Positions 46,201-59,485 of a DNA stretch of 64,000 bases are shown here, in pieces. The position numbers and the translations under genes are program-made. The stretch lies in the NCBI GenBank assembly GCA_965649825.1, contig OZ287695.1:1849288-1913287 (forward strand). The letters are read 5' to 3'. The notes beneath the pieces are model-generated. The model saw nothing but the letters and a program-made list of their open reading frames with translations. It searched no databases and was not told the DNA's origin. Source of the DNA: Penicillus capitatus. Lineage: Eukaryota > Plantae > Chlorophyta. The first letter of the stretch is position 1. Each line of letters starts with the position of its first letter.

Positions 46201-48725
46201 AGGTGCTTGGGATTTCATCAATCGTCAAAGAGCAACAAACTGTGCATATGTCAAACGGAAGTCCAGGACTGATCTCCGTTGATGCGGTCGTCAGGGTGAA
46301 CAACCTTGAGCTGTCCTCTCGATGAGGCATCACCTGGAACGAAATGCTCGGCAGAGAAGAGAGTTTTTGGAACAGCACATGCAAAGCAATGTAAGGCATG
46401 GTGTCCATTGAAGAGCACGTTCCAATGAAGCAATCCTCCAGCAGTGAACTCTCCTCCTGACTTCTCAGTCCGCTCTGGCACTCTGACATGCTCGTGTTCT
46501 TCCGGGACTATCTGGCCGGGCAGTCGAGTCCAGGCCTCGTCCGTCTGCTCGATCCTCCCTCGTGGAAGATGGAAGAGTGTCTCTGTCTCTGTCGAGTTCG
46601 TGATGATCCCATGCTCCATCCTAGGAGGGAAGTCTAGCCACAGCGAAATCAGCAGTAATGCATACTCGAGCATGAGAAAGGAGTCTGCAGGCCGGGCTCC
46701 GTCATTTTTATCCCGGCGATCTTTCCTTGCGTCCGAACAGTGTTTCGACACGATGTCACTCATCCGTCCCTGATCAGGTGAGTGAGATGTGTCAGATCAT
46801 GGATCTGTCACTCACTTCACACTCAAGATATTCTACAGTCTCGAACATGTGGAGAAGCTCTACGCATGCAGAGGTGCTCGGTCCCTCCTTGCTCGATAGG
46901 GATCCCCGTCTGCCTTCGGCCTCTTCCTCGGTCGATGTCGTCCAGGACACACTCTCTCGGCAGAGACTGCTTCGTCTCGTCTCTGCATGGACAATGAGAG
47001 TGTCCAGTGTGAAAGAGTGCACAAAATGGACTAACGTGATGCTTGAATCTTCAAGAGGTGATTGCCGCTCTCTGCTACCGAGAGAAAGGAGAGCGACGTG
47101 CGATCGACCCAGCAGTTCCAGTCCAGCACTGCTCCCGGTCGCTGACTGCTTCACTGGGGTGGCATGTCTCTTTCTTGGAATCGGGTACTAATTGATGCAC
47201 GTGGCGAAGAAGCCTTCGGTTCGCCAGACAATGTGATTGGGTCCACTGTCTTCCGTGGCTTAGAGGAAGACAATTTGACTGCGTGGTGGCAGTCCGTCTT
47301 TCAGTCGACTGGCCATCAATGTCAACCAAGGGACATCCGTTTTCTGCCTGCCTGCCTGCCTGCGGATCACGATCGCATTGGCATCGTGAGCACAAGTAAG
47401 TCTGACCTCGAACGGGAATGAGAGTGCAATCAGTCGTGGGTTGTGCATTCACAGCCAACACATGAATTTTGCTGGCTTCTCTCCACAGGTTCAGATCGCC
47501 GTGAATTTTCAGAGACGATCCTTGACTTTGTGGCAGAAAGTCGCCACCGCGATTTGCTCAGCTCTAATGCTCGACGAACCTCTTTTCCGGGAAGAGATTT
47601 CATCTTCTTGCCACAACCTTCCTTCTTTCATAGCCCTGTGGATCTGCATTTGCAGCGAAAGTTGTTTCATTGACCTTACCTGCTGTATCGAGGATCGTGG
47701 TTATTCCGAACAGACTTCTCTGGATGTGCTTTCAGGGCTACATCAGATCCTAGACTGGGACATTTTCAAGCCGAAGAAGTGCTTCTTCTTTGGAGGATGC
47801 GTGACGACTCTCATAAGCGATGCAGCTTGTCGGCAGAGCACCAGGTGTCCATGTCGTTTAAGAGACTGAGCTCAATGCTTCAAATGCAGCTTCCTTGCAT
47901 CGTGCTGATTCTTCAGACTGCTGAGACGGTCTGCTCCTAATCCATCTCAATTGCTTTTGCGGCAGATCTGTTTTCATTTTCGTATCCTGGAGAAGCAAAG
48001 AACGATCCGAGCTGTTTCAGAGCAGGGATCTTGACTCCTGTACCTTCATGGTCTAGATATTTTGGTTGACAGAACACCGATGATGTAAAAAGTGCTTCAT
48101 CTGCAATGCCTTGAACTCCTTCCTTTGTCACTTGGTACCATCTGTGACCGGTTTGGCATGATCACATGGAGAGAACGGCAATTCTTACCTTCAAGACGCG
48201 TTGAATGATTCTATGCTCGGATCGCTTTGACAGCAGACTGTGACAGCAGAACAGGGTCCTTGTTGCAAAGATCATGTCTCTTCGATGTTGGCCAGGGTGA
48301 GGCTTGACATTCTCTCGACAGATTGTGCAGTCGATGTGCTGTCTTTGTCACACTGAATGCTCTCAGCCACTGATTCTGCCGCTGCCAATTCGTCGACAAC
48401 TCAGAAAGAAGTCCGGATTCCCGCAAGACTCTGAAAGATGAATGGTTCTTGGAATCCAATTGGACTGTTTCATGGCAAACTGCTTTGCTTCTTATGAGCA
48501 CACTGGAACGACAGAGGAGTTTGGAATTTGAATAGCCAACAAAGAGTGACTCACTCTCTTTATGTCATCCATTCAACGATCCAAGAATCAATTCCTTAGT
48601 ACAGACTTCCGGATGCAACAGTCCACAGGCCTTGTCTTGCAACGGAACATTGAGCAGAGAAAGAATGTTTTGCAACAGCGAGTGCAAGTTGAACACGGCA
48701 GTCTCCAGGTAAAAAACGGCAGATC

Positions 48726-48942
48726 GGACAATGCATGCAGCCTCCGGGCAGCAAGACTAGGTAAGGACAATGCATGCAGCCTCCGGGCAGCAAGACTAGG
48801 TAAGGACAGTGTGGTCAGCCTCCGGGCAGCAAGACTAGGTAAGGACAGTGTGGTCAGCCTCCGGGAAACAGAACAATCCAGAAAACACGGCAGCCAGCCT
48901 CCAGGCAGCAAGACAAGGTAAGGACACTCCGGCCAGCCTCCA
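48726..48942. repeat. 39-bp minisatellite (~3.6 near-perfect copies plus one diverged copy), core CAGCCTCCGGGCAGCAAGACTAGGTAAGGACA
   Basis: Units start at 48726, 48765, 48804 and 48843 in two variants (ATGCATG / GTGTGGT); diverged copy ~48894-48942. Confidence 0.95.
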
Positions 48943-49228
48943 CGCAGCAAAACAGTCAAAAAACACGGCCAATCACAACAAAGCGAGGGTAGACGGCCGA
49001 AAAACAACACAAAAAAGAAAACAGCCCCATGAAACTATTTGTTTTTTTTAATTTTTATGTCACGTTTTCTAGAGTGTGACATCATTATTTTTTTAATTTT
49101 TTTAATCTTTTTGTAAAAAATGTCACACATAAAAAAAGTGTGACTTGTGTGAAAAACAAAAAATATTTGTTTTCTTTTTACTTTTTCTGCCTCTAAAACA
49201 GCTTCGGCAGAGAAATGGGCGAGGTCAC

Positions 49229-50452
49229 TCATTGTGACCAATTCTGGATGGTAGTCTACAAGAAAAGCAACCATGGATGAGAGTAGGAAAGAGAATTGAC
49301 TTACGCATTCGCCTGAGAGGAAAAACAGACGCTCCGGGATGGCAGTACCCAGAGGAATGCACTCGCCAGAGAGGAAGTACGGACGGGGTGGGATACCGGG
49401 CGGACGTACAGAAAAGATAAAGGGCCTTGGGGGAATGGGAGGTGGGCAGGTTAGAGAAAACAGTGAGGTTCGGGCGGGAAAGGGAGGCGGACAAGCGGGG
49501 ACAGAAAACAGGAAGGGGCGTGGTTTGATGACAGGTGGAGGGGACGCAGGGATACAGAAAACGTCTTGACGAGGAGGGAAGAGGGGGATGGTTGTTCTGT
49601 GGAGCGGGAGGGGACATGGTTTGCTGCGGAGGGGTGCAGGGAATCCACTCCATGGAGGCATGCAACTCATGCTGTGGAGGCGGCTGAGACATCGGAGGCT
49701 GCGGAGGCGGCTGAGAAAAGGCCTGAGGCTGTGGAGGCGGCTGTGGTACCTGAGGCTGCGGAGGACACGACTGGTATGACGGAGGAGGAGTGACAGGTGG
49801 CTGGGACGGCTGAGGAGGACAAGGGGGCGGATTGCACGGAGTAGGCTGTTCGTGTGCCTGCAAACACAAACATATCAACAGATAATGATTCTGGCTGGAG
49901 GAGATCTTACCTCTCCGACCCCCGTGTCCATGCCAGGCTGGTCCTGAGCCAGGCGCTCTCTCCTCTCGGAAGAAGAGAGAACCCTGGCTCGCCGTCCCCG
50001 GCGAGGCTGCTCGGTTTGGACCCGCTGAGGTCCAGACCGAACAGGAGGGGCCTGCTGCCGCTGCAGCTCGACGCCCCTCTGAGCAGTTGTTTGGGCCTTA
50101 AAGGCCCAAACAACTGCTCACGCTCGCCCCGCACCATGTTGCGGAAGGCCCTGGGAGGTGTGTTTCCCAGGACCTCCGGGAGCGAAACCTGTGCAAACCT
50201 AGGCCACACACAGAACGTTAATGTTGTGAGTAGCATTGCCGATATCGGCCAGAGAAGACAGTCCAAAAAGCGCAGAAACCCGAAGAACAGAACAGCAGCC
50301 GGGTTTTCGGGATCACGTTGGGCGGACCCAAGGGTCGCAGGCCGGACGCATGCATTGCATGGAAAGCGTGTCCGTGCGGCTGACGAAAGAGTTCTGCGAC
50401 GCGTGGCGCGTCGAGCATGACGGCAGGACTCACGGTCTTCCTGGGTATCCAT
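49229..50452 (-). CDS. Pro-rich PxxPxR-repeat gene in the ORF1 position of LINE-B; introns 49910-49858 and 49304-49256
   Basis: VFCIPASPPPVIKPRPFLFS...FFLSGEC, GTAAGT donor, TGTAG acceptor, terminal exon TTIQNWSQ*. An upstream 53-nt GTAAGA..TTGCAG intron joins ORF 50452-49911 in frame; the middle may carry a frameshift relative to copy A. Confidence 0.62.
49988..50120. other. Cluster of four back-to-back hairpins ending in a perfect 20-bp inverted repeat
   Basis: CTCGCCG/CGGCGAG (49988-50005); TCGGTTTGGACC/GGTCCAGACCGA (50011-50040); GAGGGGC/GCCCCTC (50045-50079); TGAGCAGTTGTTTGGGCCTT-A-AAGGCCCAAACAACTGCTCA (50080-50120). Confidence 0.9.
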
Positions 50453-51189
50453 AGTCGTCCTCCGTGACCATGTGTGAGTCTGCCATCGTCGCTGTAGTCG
50501 TCGCCGTTGCCGTCGAAATGCTCAGAGAAAGCAAACCGCAAGAACTCGGAAACTCGAGTGCGGAAGGACCTCCGACAGGACCTTTATAGGCCGCCTCGGT
50601 TGTGCTCCGCGGCTGGCGAGCGGAGGATCGGAACAGAGACCGTTTGGCGGCGCCTGCATGCGTTGCCGGACAGAAGACTGGCCGCCAGGATGCCAGAAGA
50701 GCAGAATGTTGTCATCGGGACGCGAGACGCGAGCGGGAGAGCGTTTTCAGAAGCTTTGCAATGTGTTTTACAGGTGAAGCTCTCCACAGTTTGTCGGAAT
50801 GTTTGCCTCTAGGTGTAACTCGCATGCGTTTTCCGCAGCCGTTCCCACGCAAATCTGCGAACAGCGAACCGCTCGAGCCAGCTCGGCGTCGCCTGAGCAG
50901 AGAGACGAGGCAGGCGTTCTTCTTGGCGGAAGCGGCAAGGACTCTACGTCGAGGCGGCAGTCTGTTTCGGACGTTTCCGTCGCGAACGCCGTCGAGAGAG
51001 GGCTTGTGACGGTGTAACGCGAATCGGTTCTGGAGTTGTCGGTTGCCCTAACTCCCTCGAACATGACAGGCTGAACAGAACGGCCGACCTTCAGCGACAA
51101 CCAGACGGAGCCGTTGTTGCAGTTCGCGTTCGCGCGCGGCGTCGAGTGTGTCGGAAGTCGCTGTTCGCTCCGGCCAATGAAGTCGGTCG

Positions 51190-51950
51190 GTTTTTTTGCA
51201 TCGGCTGCGCGACCTTTTCTGTCTGCTAAGCCATCGACGACTCGCATTCGCCCAAAACTGTAGAGAAGGGGCGGAGTTTGTGGAACAGAGTGCCGAGGAA
51301 TTCGGATCTCGCCGTGATGGTTCTACGAGAGAAGTACGTCGGATGCCCGCCGTATGACAGACGGCGTTGACGATCACGATCAAGTAAAGATCGCAGCTAA
51401 GGGCGGCCGGACGTCTTTCTCCGGCCGATAGGATGCGTGCGGCGACGGCGAAGAGGACAAACGGAGTCTGCTGTCGTCGGCAGTCGACGTTGCAGTTCTC
51501 GGACCGGCAGCCATCGTGAGAGGACGCTGCACAAGAAGGCGTATTCAACGAATGCTTTCTTCTGTACATTCTCTGCCCTTTTGCGAGGAAGAGACTGCCT
51601 GGGAGAACTCGACGTACGCCCAGGTCTACCCGCATCGAAGTTTGCTGCTGCCAACGACTACACCGTCGACGAGGGGGCACTGGTTTTGGATTGCTTTTCG
51701 TTGCTGCGGCTGTTTTTGACAACACCGCTCACTCACGGAAGATTCCTCAGCATCTCACACGTACTGTCCGCTTCCGGACGCTATCATCTTGACAGGTGAG
51801 GATGCTTTCTCGTGTTATTAATGCTTGGCATCATGCAGTGTGCTTTCTCTGTGAGCACTAGGACTATACCCTGGATTCGATGCAGTTCGAGAGAGAGAGA
51901 GAGAGGTCTTTTTTGTTCAACGCCCTTCGATGAAGAACGAACTATATGTA
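51190..51950 (+). pseudogene. Frameshifted duplicate of the 3' half of the RFC1-like gene, including its last intron
   Basis: Colinear nucleotide similarity to ~23850-24570 (e.g. GGAGTCTGCTGTC.TCGGCAGT.GAC.TTGCAGT.CTCGGACCGGCAGCCATC, CTATCATCTTGACA.GTGAG), with indels and a (GA)n expansion at ~51889-51905. Confidence 0.85.
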
Positions 51951-53226
51951 CATCTTGCTTTCACACGGAACAACACCTCGCCGCACAAGGTACACACATA
52001 CGTCGACAAGAACGTGCAGCACTGCTAAAAATGATGCGGGTTATGCAGAAGCAACCAGATTCCGTGGATCATTCTCACTCAGAAACGCATTCTCATCATT
52101 TCGAGCCTCTACGTCCAGTGTTCGAAACTATGTGCTTTTCAAACTTGTGTTCAGTAAGCGACGAGCCTCTGGGTACCATGTACAGATCTACCGTACGGAA
52201 GGCAATCGATTGGTATCAACAATGCGGATCGGAGGACAGACTCACTAAGAAAGCCAGACTGCACGCGGGAAAGGAAGCTGAAGACAAGGAAATGATGCCA
52301 TGGAAGGACCGCGTCTCCGCAATTGAGAGCGGATTCGATGCGTTGCGACATCACATCCAGGCAGCAGCATCGCAGAAGGACATCCAGGTCCATGAGAAAC
52401 AAGCACTTGGAGAAAAGCTGGCCATTTCCATTTCATCTCTGGCGACAATGCAACAAGAGTTTATTAAGAAAAAGGAGAGTCGTTAAACGCTGATGAAGAT
52501 TCGAGAAGTGATCTTTTGCTCTGTCTGTCTCGCGCTGGACTTTAATTGGCTGTTTGTTGGTGTGACATTTTTTGACATTTACTAGAGATTGATGAGCTGC
52601 GTTCTGCATGTTTGATGGTTCGGTTGGAAAGCTCGATTTCCGAAACAGTTTTGCTTTGATCTGTCAAAGCAAAGATGTTCGGTGCAGCGGTAAGGGATTC
52701 CGTTTTAAGTCAGACTCTCCAAGTGGGTAATCTTCGTGGCCGGTATGTGAGATCTCGTCCTAAACTCGAACATCAAAGGTGCACTGCTTTTTTCTCTGAC
52801 TAGCTCTATCGAAGGTACAGCATGGAGACAGTTTGATGTTAATCGATCTCATTCCGATGCGGTGCGGGAACAAAACACGTGACATAGACGAAGAAATGTA
52901 TGTGACTCACATCAACACAGTAACTGGCGGTTTTGTGATTGAAGCATTGTGTATGCCAAATAAGTACACCGAAAGGACAATCATTTGCCTTTCAAACACT
53001 GTGCACAAGGGAAGATAAACAAGGAAGAATGAGTTCTCCAAAAGCAATCGGACAGAGAAAGCGAGCTTGTAAACGAAAGACTGCGAGTGACAGTAACAAC
53101 TGAACGATCGTCACGCGATAAAAGAAGCGAATGAAGGTGGAGAGCCCGCCAGATATGTTCTGTTGCAGTAGTAGCTCGATGATCTGGCGATCTCGTCTAA
53201 TCATACGGCGAACTCCCTTCCGACGA

Positions 53227-54087
53227 GAATCGCAGCTGCGTTGCACATCAGTTTGCTTTTAAAGTGAAGTCAGAGATAACAATAGCGATATTGAATAGTT
53301 CGAGTTCTTGCATGGCTTATTACCACGTTCCATCAGGTTCATGTTTGACGGCTGCATTGTCTTATGCACTGCAGAAGGACGACAGTCGAGATGCCAGTGC
53401 GCGACAAGGATCGCCTCCCCAGCCCGCGACGGGGCGCAGGGCGCAAGTTTGTATTGCTATCTGTTCGCGACAAAAAGAGTGCTTTGCGGTTTTGCAAACT
53501 GACGAGATTCACCGAGTCTCACTCCACTGACTGAATTGTGCGTTTTGCCGTGCTAAGGTCGTTCGCCTGAGATCAGCGACAGAAGAACATAACTCAATTA
53601 CAACGCAAAAGATGCATCCTCTCAAGATCTCCTGCCGCTCGTCATCGTGATGCGGCGATGAAACAGTCATACTAAATCTAATGAGCTTTCGTAATACCGC
53701 CAGTGACCTATCTGCTTATCATTGTGGTACACTAAGTTCACTCTACTGAAGAATGCGATTTCAATCGTGACTGCATTGCCCTTGTAAGTGAACAACAGAC
53801 GGTCACGTTTTATTCGGACAGATTGTGAAACCGCGATTCCGGCCGGCTAAGTGATACGATGAACATCATACCTCACTTCAATTGTCACATCTCTCATCTG
53901 CCAAAACGCTTCAACGTAGCTTTGTTCATTCTTCCTTTTTCTATCGTTTCGCTTCCTCCTGTCTCGAATCGCAGCTGCGTTGCACAACGGTTTGCTTTTA
54001 AAGTAAGGTCAGAAATGACAGCAGCGATCGTGAATAATTCGAGTTCTTCCATGGCTTATTACCACGTTCCATCAAGATCATGTTTGA
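53227..54087. repeat. Local direct duplication: 53227-53348 and 53966-54087 (122 bp each); the first copy runs into the dispersed repeat shared with 41606-41687
   Basis: GAATCGCAGCTGCGTTGCACA..GTTTGCTTTTAAAGT...ATGGCTTATTACCACGTTCCATCA..CATGTTTGA present in both. Confidence 0.9.
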
Positions 54088-54187
54088 TGATGCTTAGGTC
54101 AAGCTAGGTTTATTATCTCAGCTTCACTGCCCGAGTAATAAGGAAAACAACAAGCAAAGGCCCGATTGAGCCTTAGTCTAGGACGTG

Positions 54188-55699
54188 TTAGTAGACGAGT
54201 TCGGAGTTTCTCAATCGCAACTGGATACATCGAGCGTATGCTGTGACTACACAAAAAATGATAAAGAAGGCAGAAATGCCAATGCAAAGTAGAACGATGA
54301 TGCTTCTGTGCCCCTCTTCTTCCGATTCTGATGACGACATACGATTGAACTCGATTGTTATGTAGTTATCTCCGCCTCCAGTTTGCGAATTATGACCGAT
54401 ACCCGACACGTAATCATAAACCGAGTATAGCTCATACGAAAGTGCGTCTTCCTGACCTGAAAATGTTTCATCATGTGTGGGCACAGTATGAGTTCTGTTC
54501 TCACTTGGATCGTCTCTCACCGGTGCCGGATTATAGAAAGACGTGTAATATCCATAAAGATTATCATACACGCTACTCACGAATTCTGCTGCTGCATCAA
54601 CAGGTTCCTCCTCTGGCTCGTCATCCAAGAAATGTGCTGAAAGTTCATCGTCGTCGTCATCATCATCATCAGGAAGTCTATAGTAGAATCGCAGAAGAGT
54701 ACGTTCGTAGAAATCATAACTATCGGAGAACACAGATGCCTTTGTTGGATGGTACCACCAGCTGTGTGTGTCCGGTGTCGGATCCACATTACTGGCCTGA
54801 TCGACTGCTCTGACCTCAAACGTATGTTGCCCAGTAAATGTCTACAAGACACTACAGTTCTGCGATTGGCACGTGTACACAGCTGACCTCAATTATTTCA
54901 GGACTTGTGCAGTTATACCAGTACCCGCCATCGAATCGGCACTGGAAATGGTGAACGGGCCAATCATCGATTGCTTCGAACACGAATCTGCAGCCGTTTG
55001 ATTCAGCCGAATCGATCTCGGTGAGTGTCGTATTCGGTGGTGTTCGGTCAATGATCCACGAAGCATATGTCGACGAATTCCCACCAGCAGAACCGAATCT
55101 GTCCTGCAAAACACTCATTCACTCAATCCAACTTCCGCAGACAATCCATGCGCTTACGCTTATAGCAATACGATAATGGCCATCCTTCTGAATGTGGTGA
55201 TCGAGGATAAGAGGGGACGTGCAACGTGTATCGACCCATTCTATCTTGCCATCTCTCGTCAATGCACATCCGAATGATGGGACGATCGCTGAAATACTCG
55301 AATCGAGACTGTATTCCAGATGAATCACCTCATGGTTTACGTATCCAAGAGAGTGATTCCCCTGTAGAACACGATACCAGTCAACATCACTTCCTTTGTG
55401 ACACATGTTATCACTTGAGTAATGAAGAACTGTCGAACGGAGTGATTTTGAGGTGCCTGGCGCTGACGGAGGAAAGCAAGAAGCTTGCTACCGGAAGTAT
55501 CGACAGTGCCTTGCTGAGTGTGCTGGAAGACAGTAGTGGACATATCTACAAGGCAGCACAGAAGCACCTCGTTAGGCATTGTCTAGATACAGAATCTATT
55601 GTATTTCTTACCATGTACTGCATGAGAGTGCCACAGTAGAAAACTCAAAAGAGTTAGAATCTCAAGTGAACGGTAATGGAACATGAGGAAGGAAGACAT
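54188..55699 (-). CDS. Type I membrane protein with bacterial-style Ig-like domain, paralog 3, 5 exons
   Basis: Signal MSSFLMFHYRSLEILTLLSFLLWHSHA; conserved intron positions; SWIIDRTPPNTTL, FQCRFDGGYWYNCTSP, HTFEVRAVDQASNVDPTP; acidic stalk; TM IIVLLCIGISAFFIIFCVVTAY. Confidence 0.82.
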
Positions 55700-56957
55700 C
55701 GAGAAACGGTTCGTCCAGAAGCAATTCAGGAATCAGGTGACGGAGACGGTCAGACACAGCTTGATTCACGGAATGTCTAGCAGGCACGCAACCGACGAAG
55801 CTGTTGAAGATAGTGTGAACATTTTCAGACTTTGCGTTCCATACCTTCTCCCTCGAATGGATTCAGAGCTCTTCTTATTCTTTGCACCCGTATGTTCTGC
55901 CTTACAGAATTTCTCTTCACCTTCCAGCGCTTCTAATCGTTGGGCGTAGGGTGAGTTAGACAAAGATAACCATCGTCGACGTAACTTACAATAAGAAGTG
56001 ATGAAGATTTGTGCACACGAACGATCGTTTTACATGGCGTGTTGCCTATTGACATAGAGTATGGAACCGTAGTAAAACACTTTGAGATGCACAGCTCGTA
56101 TACAGAAGCCTTACGAGTGGTTTCCCGATACAATAATGCTAACGAACGTCATCGAGGGGAAACGTCAATAGTTGGGTGGTTAAACGCTATCAAGGGCGTT
56201 TTTGAACCCGCGCTTCTCTCGACCGAGACTTTCCACGGTGTTTACGGTTCTTCACAGTCCAAACGTGCGGAGAATCTCCAGTCTGGCTACAAAACGAGAA
56301 ACAAAGCCTCTCTGTTGAAGCTCTGGAAGATATTCCCCATCGACGTCTCTCTTTTCGCGTGTCGCGACACACGTGCAGTTAAGTCTCGTATCCGTTATCG
56401 GCATACCCACCTCACGGACCTCACAGCGACCGTCCCTTTTCCGTCTCATCCGCCGATTCATGGAGAGCCGTTGCTCCTCCGTGAAGTGACGTCGCCAATG
56501 ATGTCCCTTTGCTGCCAAGTGGCATCTTATCGCCCATCACAGCGCTAGACAGTGAGTGTTACACAACCACCATACGAGAATGGTTCATGCACAAAACCGT
56601 TCCCATATGATCGCCGATCATTTTGTTCCCGTTATTGAACATGACGACGATGATGCTTACTAACATCACCAACGCGTCTAAGAACGAGCTTGATTAAAGC
56701 AGGATGTCCGGCATCCTCGTCTCTTCACATGTTCGTTTCAGATCGCCGCCACTAGAGGACAACATATGACCGTCTTATTTGAAACTATCCACCACACGAG
56801 ACTTTGCACAGCAGCACTTTGCTGGCGCCACTACCTCTTCATGTAATGTCGAGTATCACACAGTCACGAATCATGAATATTGAACCGAACAAGGACCCTC
56901 TTCTGGAGCATTTTTCCACGATAGCGTCAAAAATACAACAGACAGGGAGAGAGAAGA

Positions 56958-57368
56958 TTATTGTACAATGCAGCGGCCGCAACAACATCCCGCATAGGGG
57001 TCTTTTTTGTTTGACTTCGACGGCAGCTGCTGCCTGACGACGAGATGCATTGTTAGAATGGACTCGGTTCCCAGATTTCCCATCTCGCGCTCGTAGTCAA
57101 ACAACGCTTTCGTTTCCTCCACGTGCTTTCCGCCCAGAATCAACAATATCTCTCTGCTGCTTGAAGGCGCTTCTATCGTCTGTTGTCCGTCTCGCGGCCA
57201 TTCGCGCAATAAACGCTCCTTTACCTAAGGCATGGCCATCACACCGCGCAACGACATTCACTTGTCGACTTGTAATATGGTCGTGTCTTTTGTAAAAACA
57301 AAAGGACCTATGTCTGCCAACATGTGCCGAAAGCGAATTCTGTATTCGCCTTCTCCCTTCAGCTCCAT
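56958..57368 (-). CDS. MUB: Membrane-anchored ubiquitin-fold protein (MUB/UBL3), 2 exons
   Basis: IRFR...DIGP..F..DTTILQ|VKERLLREWP..LILGGKHVE..TMHLVVR and a C-terminal CCC..CIVQ CaaX box. Confidence 0.85.
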
Positions 57369-57716
57369 TTGACGTTGACGGCAATATTGCGAAAAATGTT
57401 TCGACGTCTGACCACGCATCTACGCACATAAATCGATTCGGCGCATCGGATGTGACTTCTGTGCCAAGGCTCTTTCGTAATCTCTGGTCATCCTTCGTTA
57501 CACAAACATCATCTGATGGTATGGACCTTCTTCTTCGCCTTTCCCATCAAATTAGCTACCGAATAGTAATAAGAGGAAGCAGAATGGAAAGAAAGAATCA
57601 AGCACTGAGGGAAACGGCTGAATAAAATCTCAAGGGACTGCTGACGGCTAGACGTCAGCCTTATGCAAGCCTTTACGCAAAACAACGCATCTCTGCCTCC
57701 TCCTTGGTCCACCGTT

Positions 57717-59485
<1,769 letters not shown>

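Larger units (their letters stand above)
43620..50452 (-). mobile_element. LINE-B: decayed L1/Tx1-like non-LTR retrotransposon (boundaries approximate)
   Basis: Minus-strand remnants in order: GEKPAKFM (~47480), QSPLEDS (KSPGxDG-like, ~47060), KEG..LLHMF..EY (RT2-like), LLLISLWLDF (RT3-like, ~46640), then a T-rich 3' block 43780-44160 with the same boundary motifs as LINE-A. Confidence 0.7.

Noticed and set aside
43565-50456. CATAGTC at 43565 and 50450 as a target-site duplication of LINE-B
   Set aside because: Only 7 nt, element ends are not precisely defined, and the right copy overlaps the putative ATG; chance is likely.
51812-52486. 224-aa + strand ORF after the RFC1 pseudogene
   Set aside because: It begins inside the pseudogene's intron/exon remnant and continues into unassignable sequence; no domain recognised.
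56009-56548. 179-aa + strand ORF
   Set aside because: No recognisable domain or homologous partner in the window; cannot be supported without a search.
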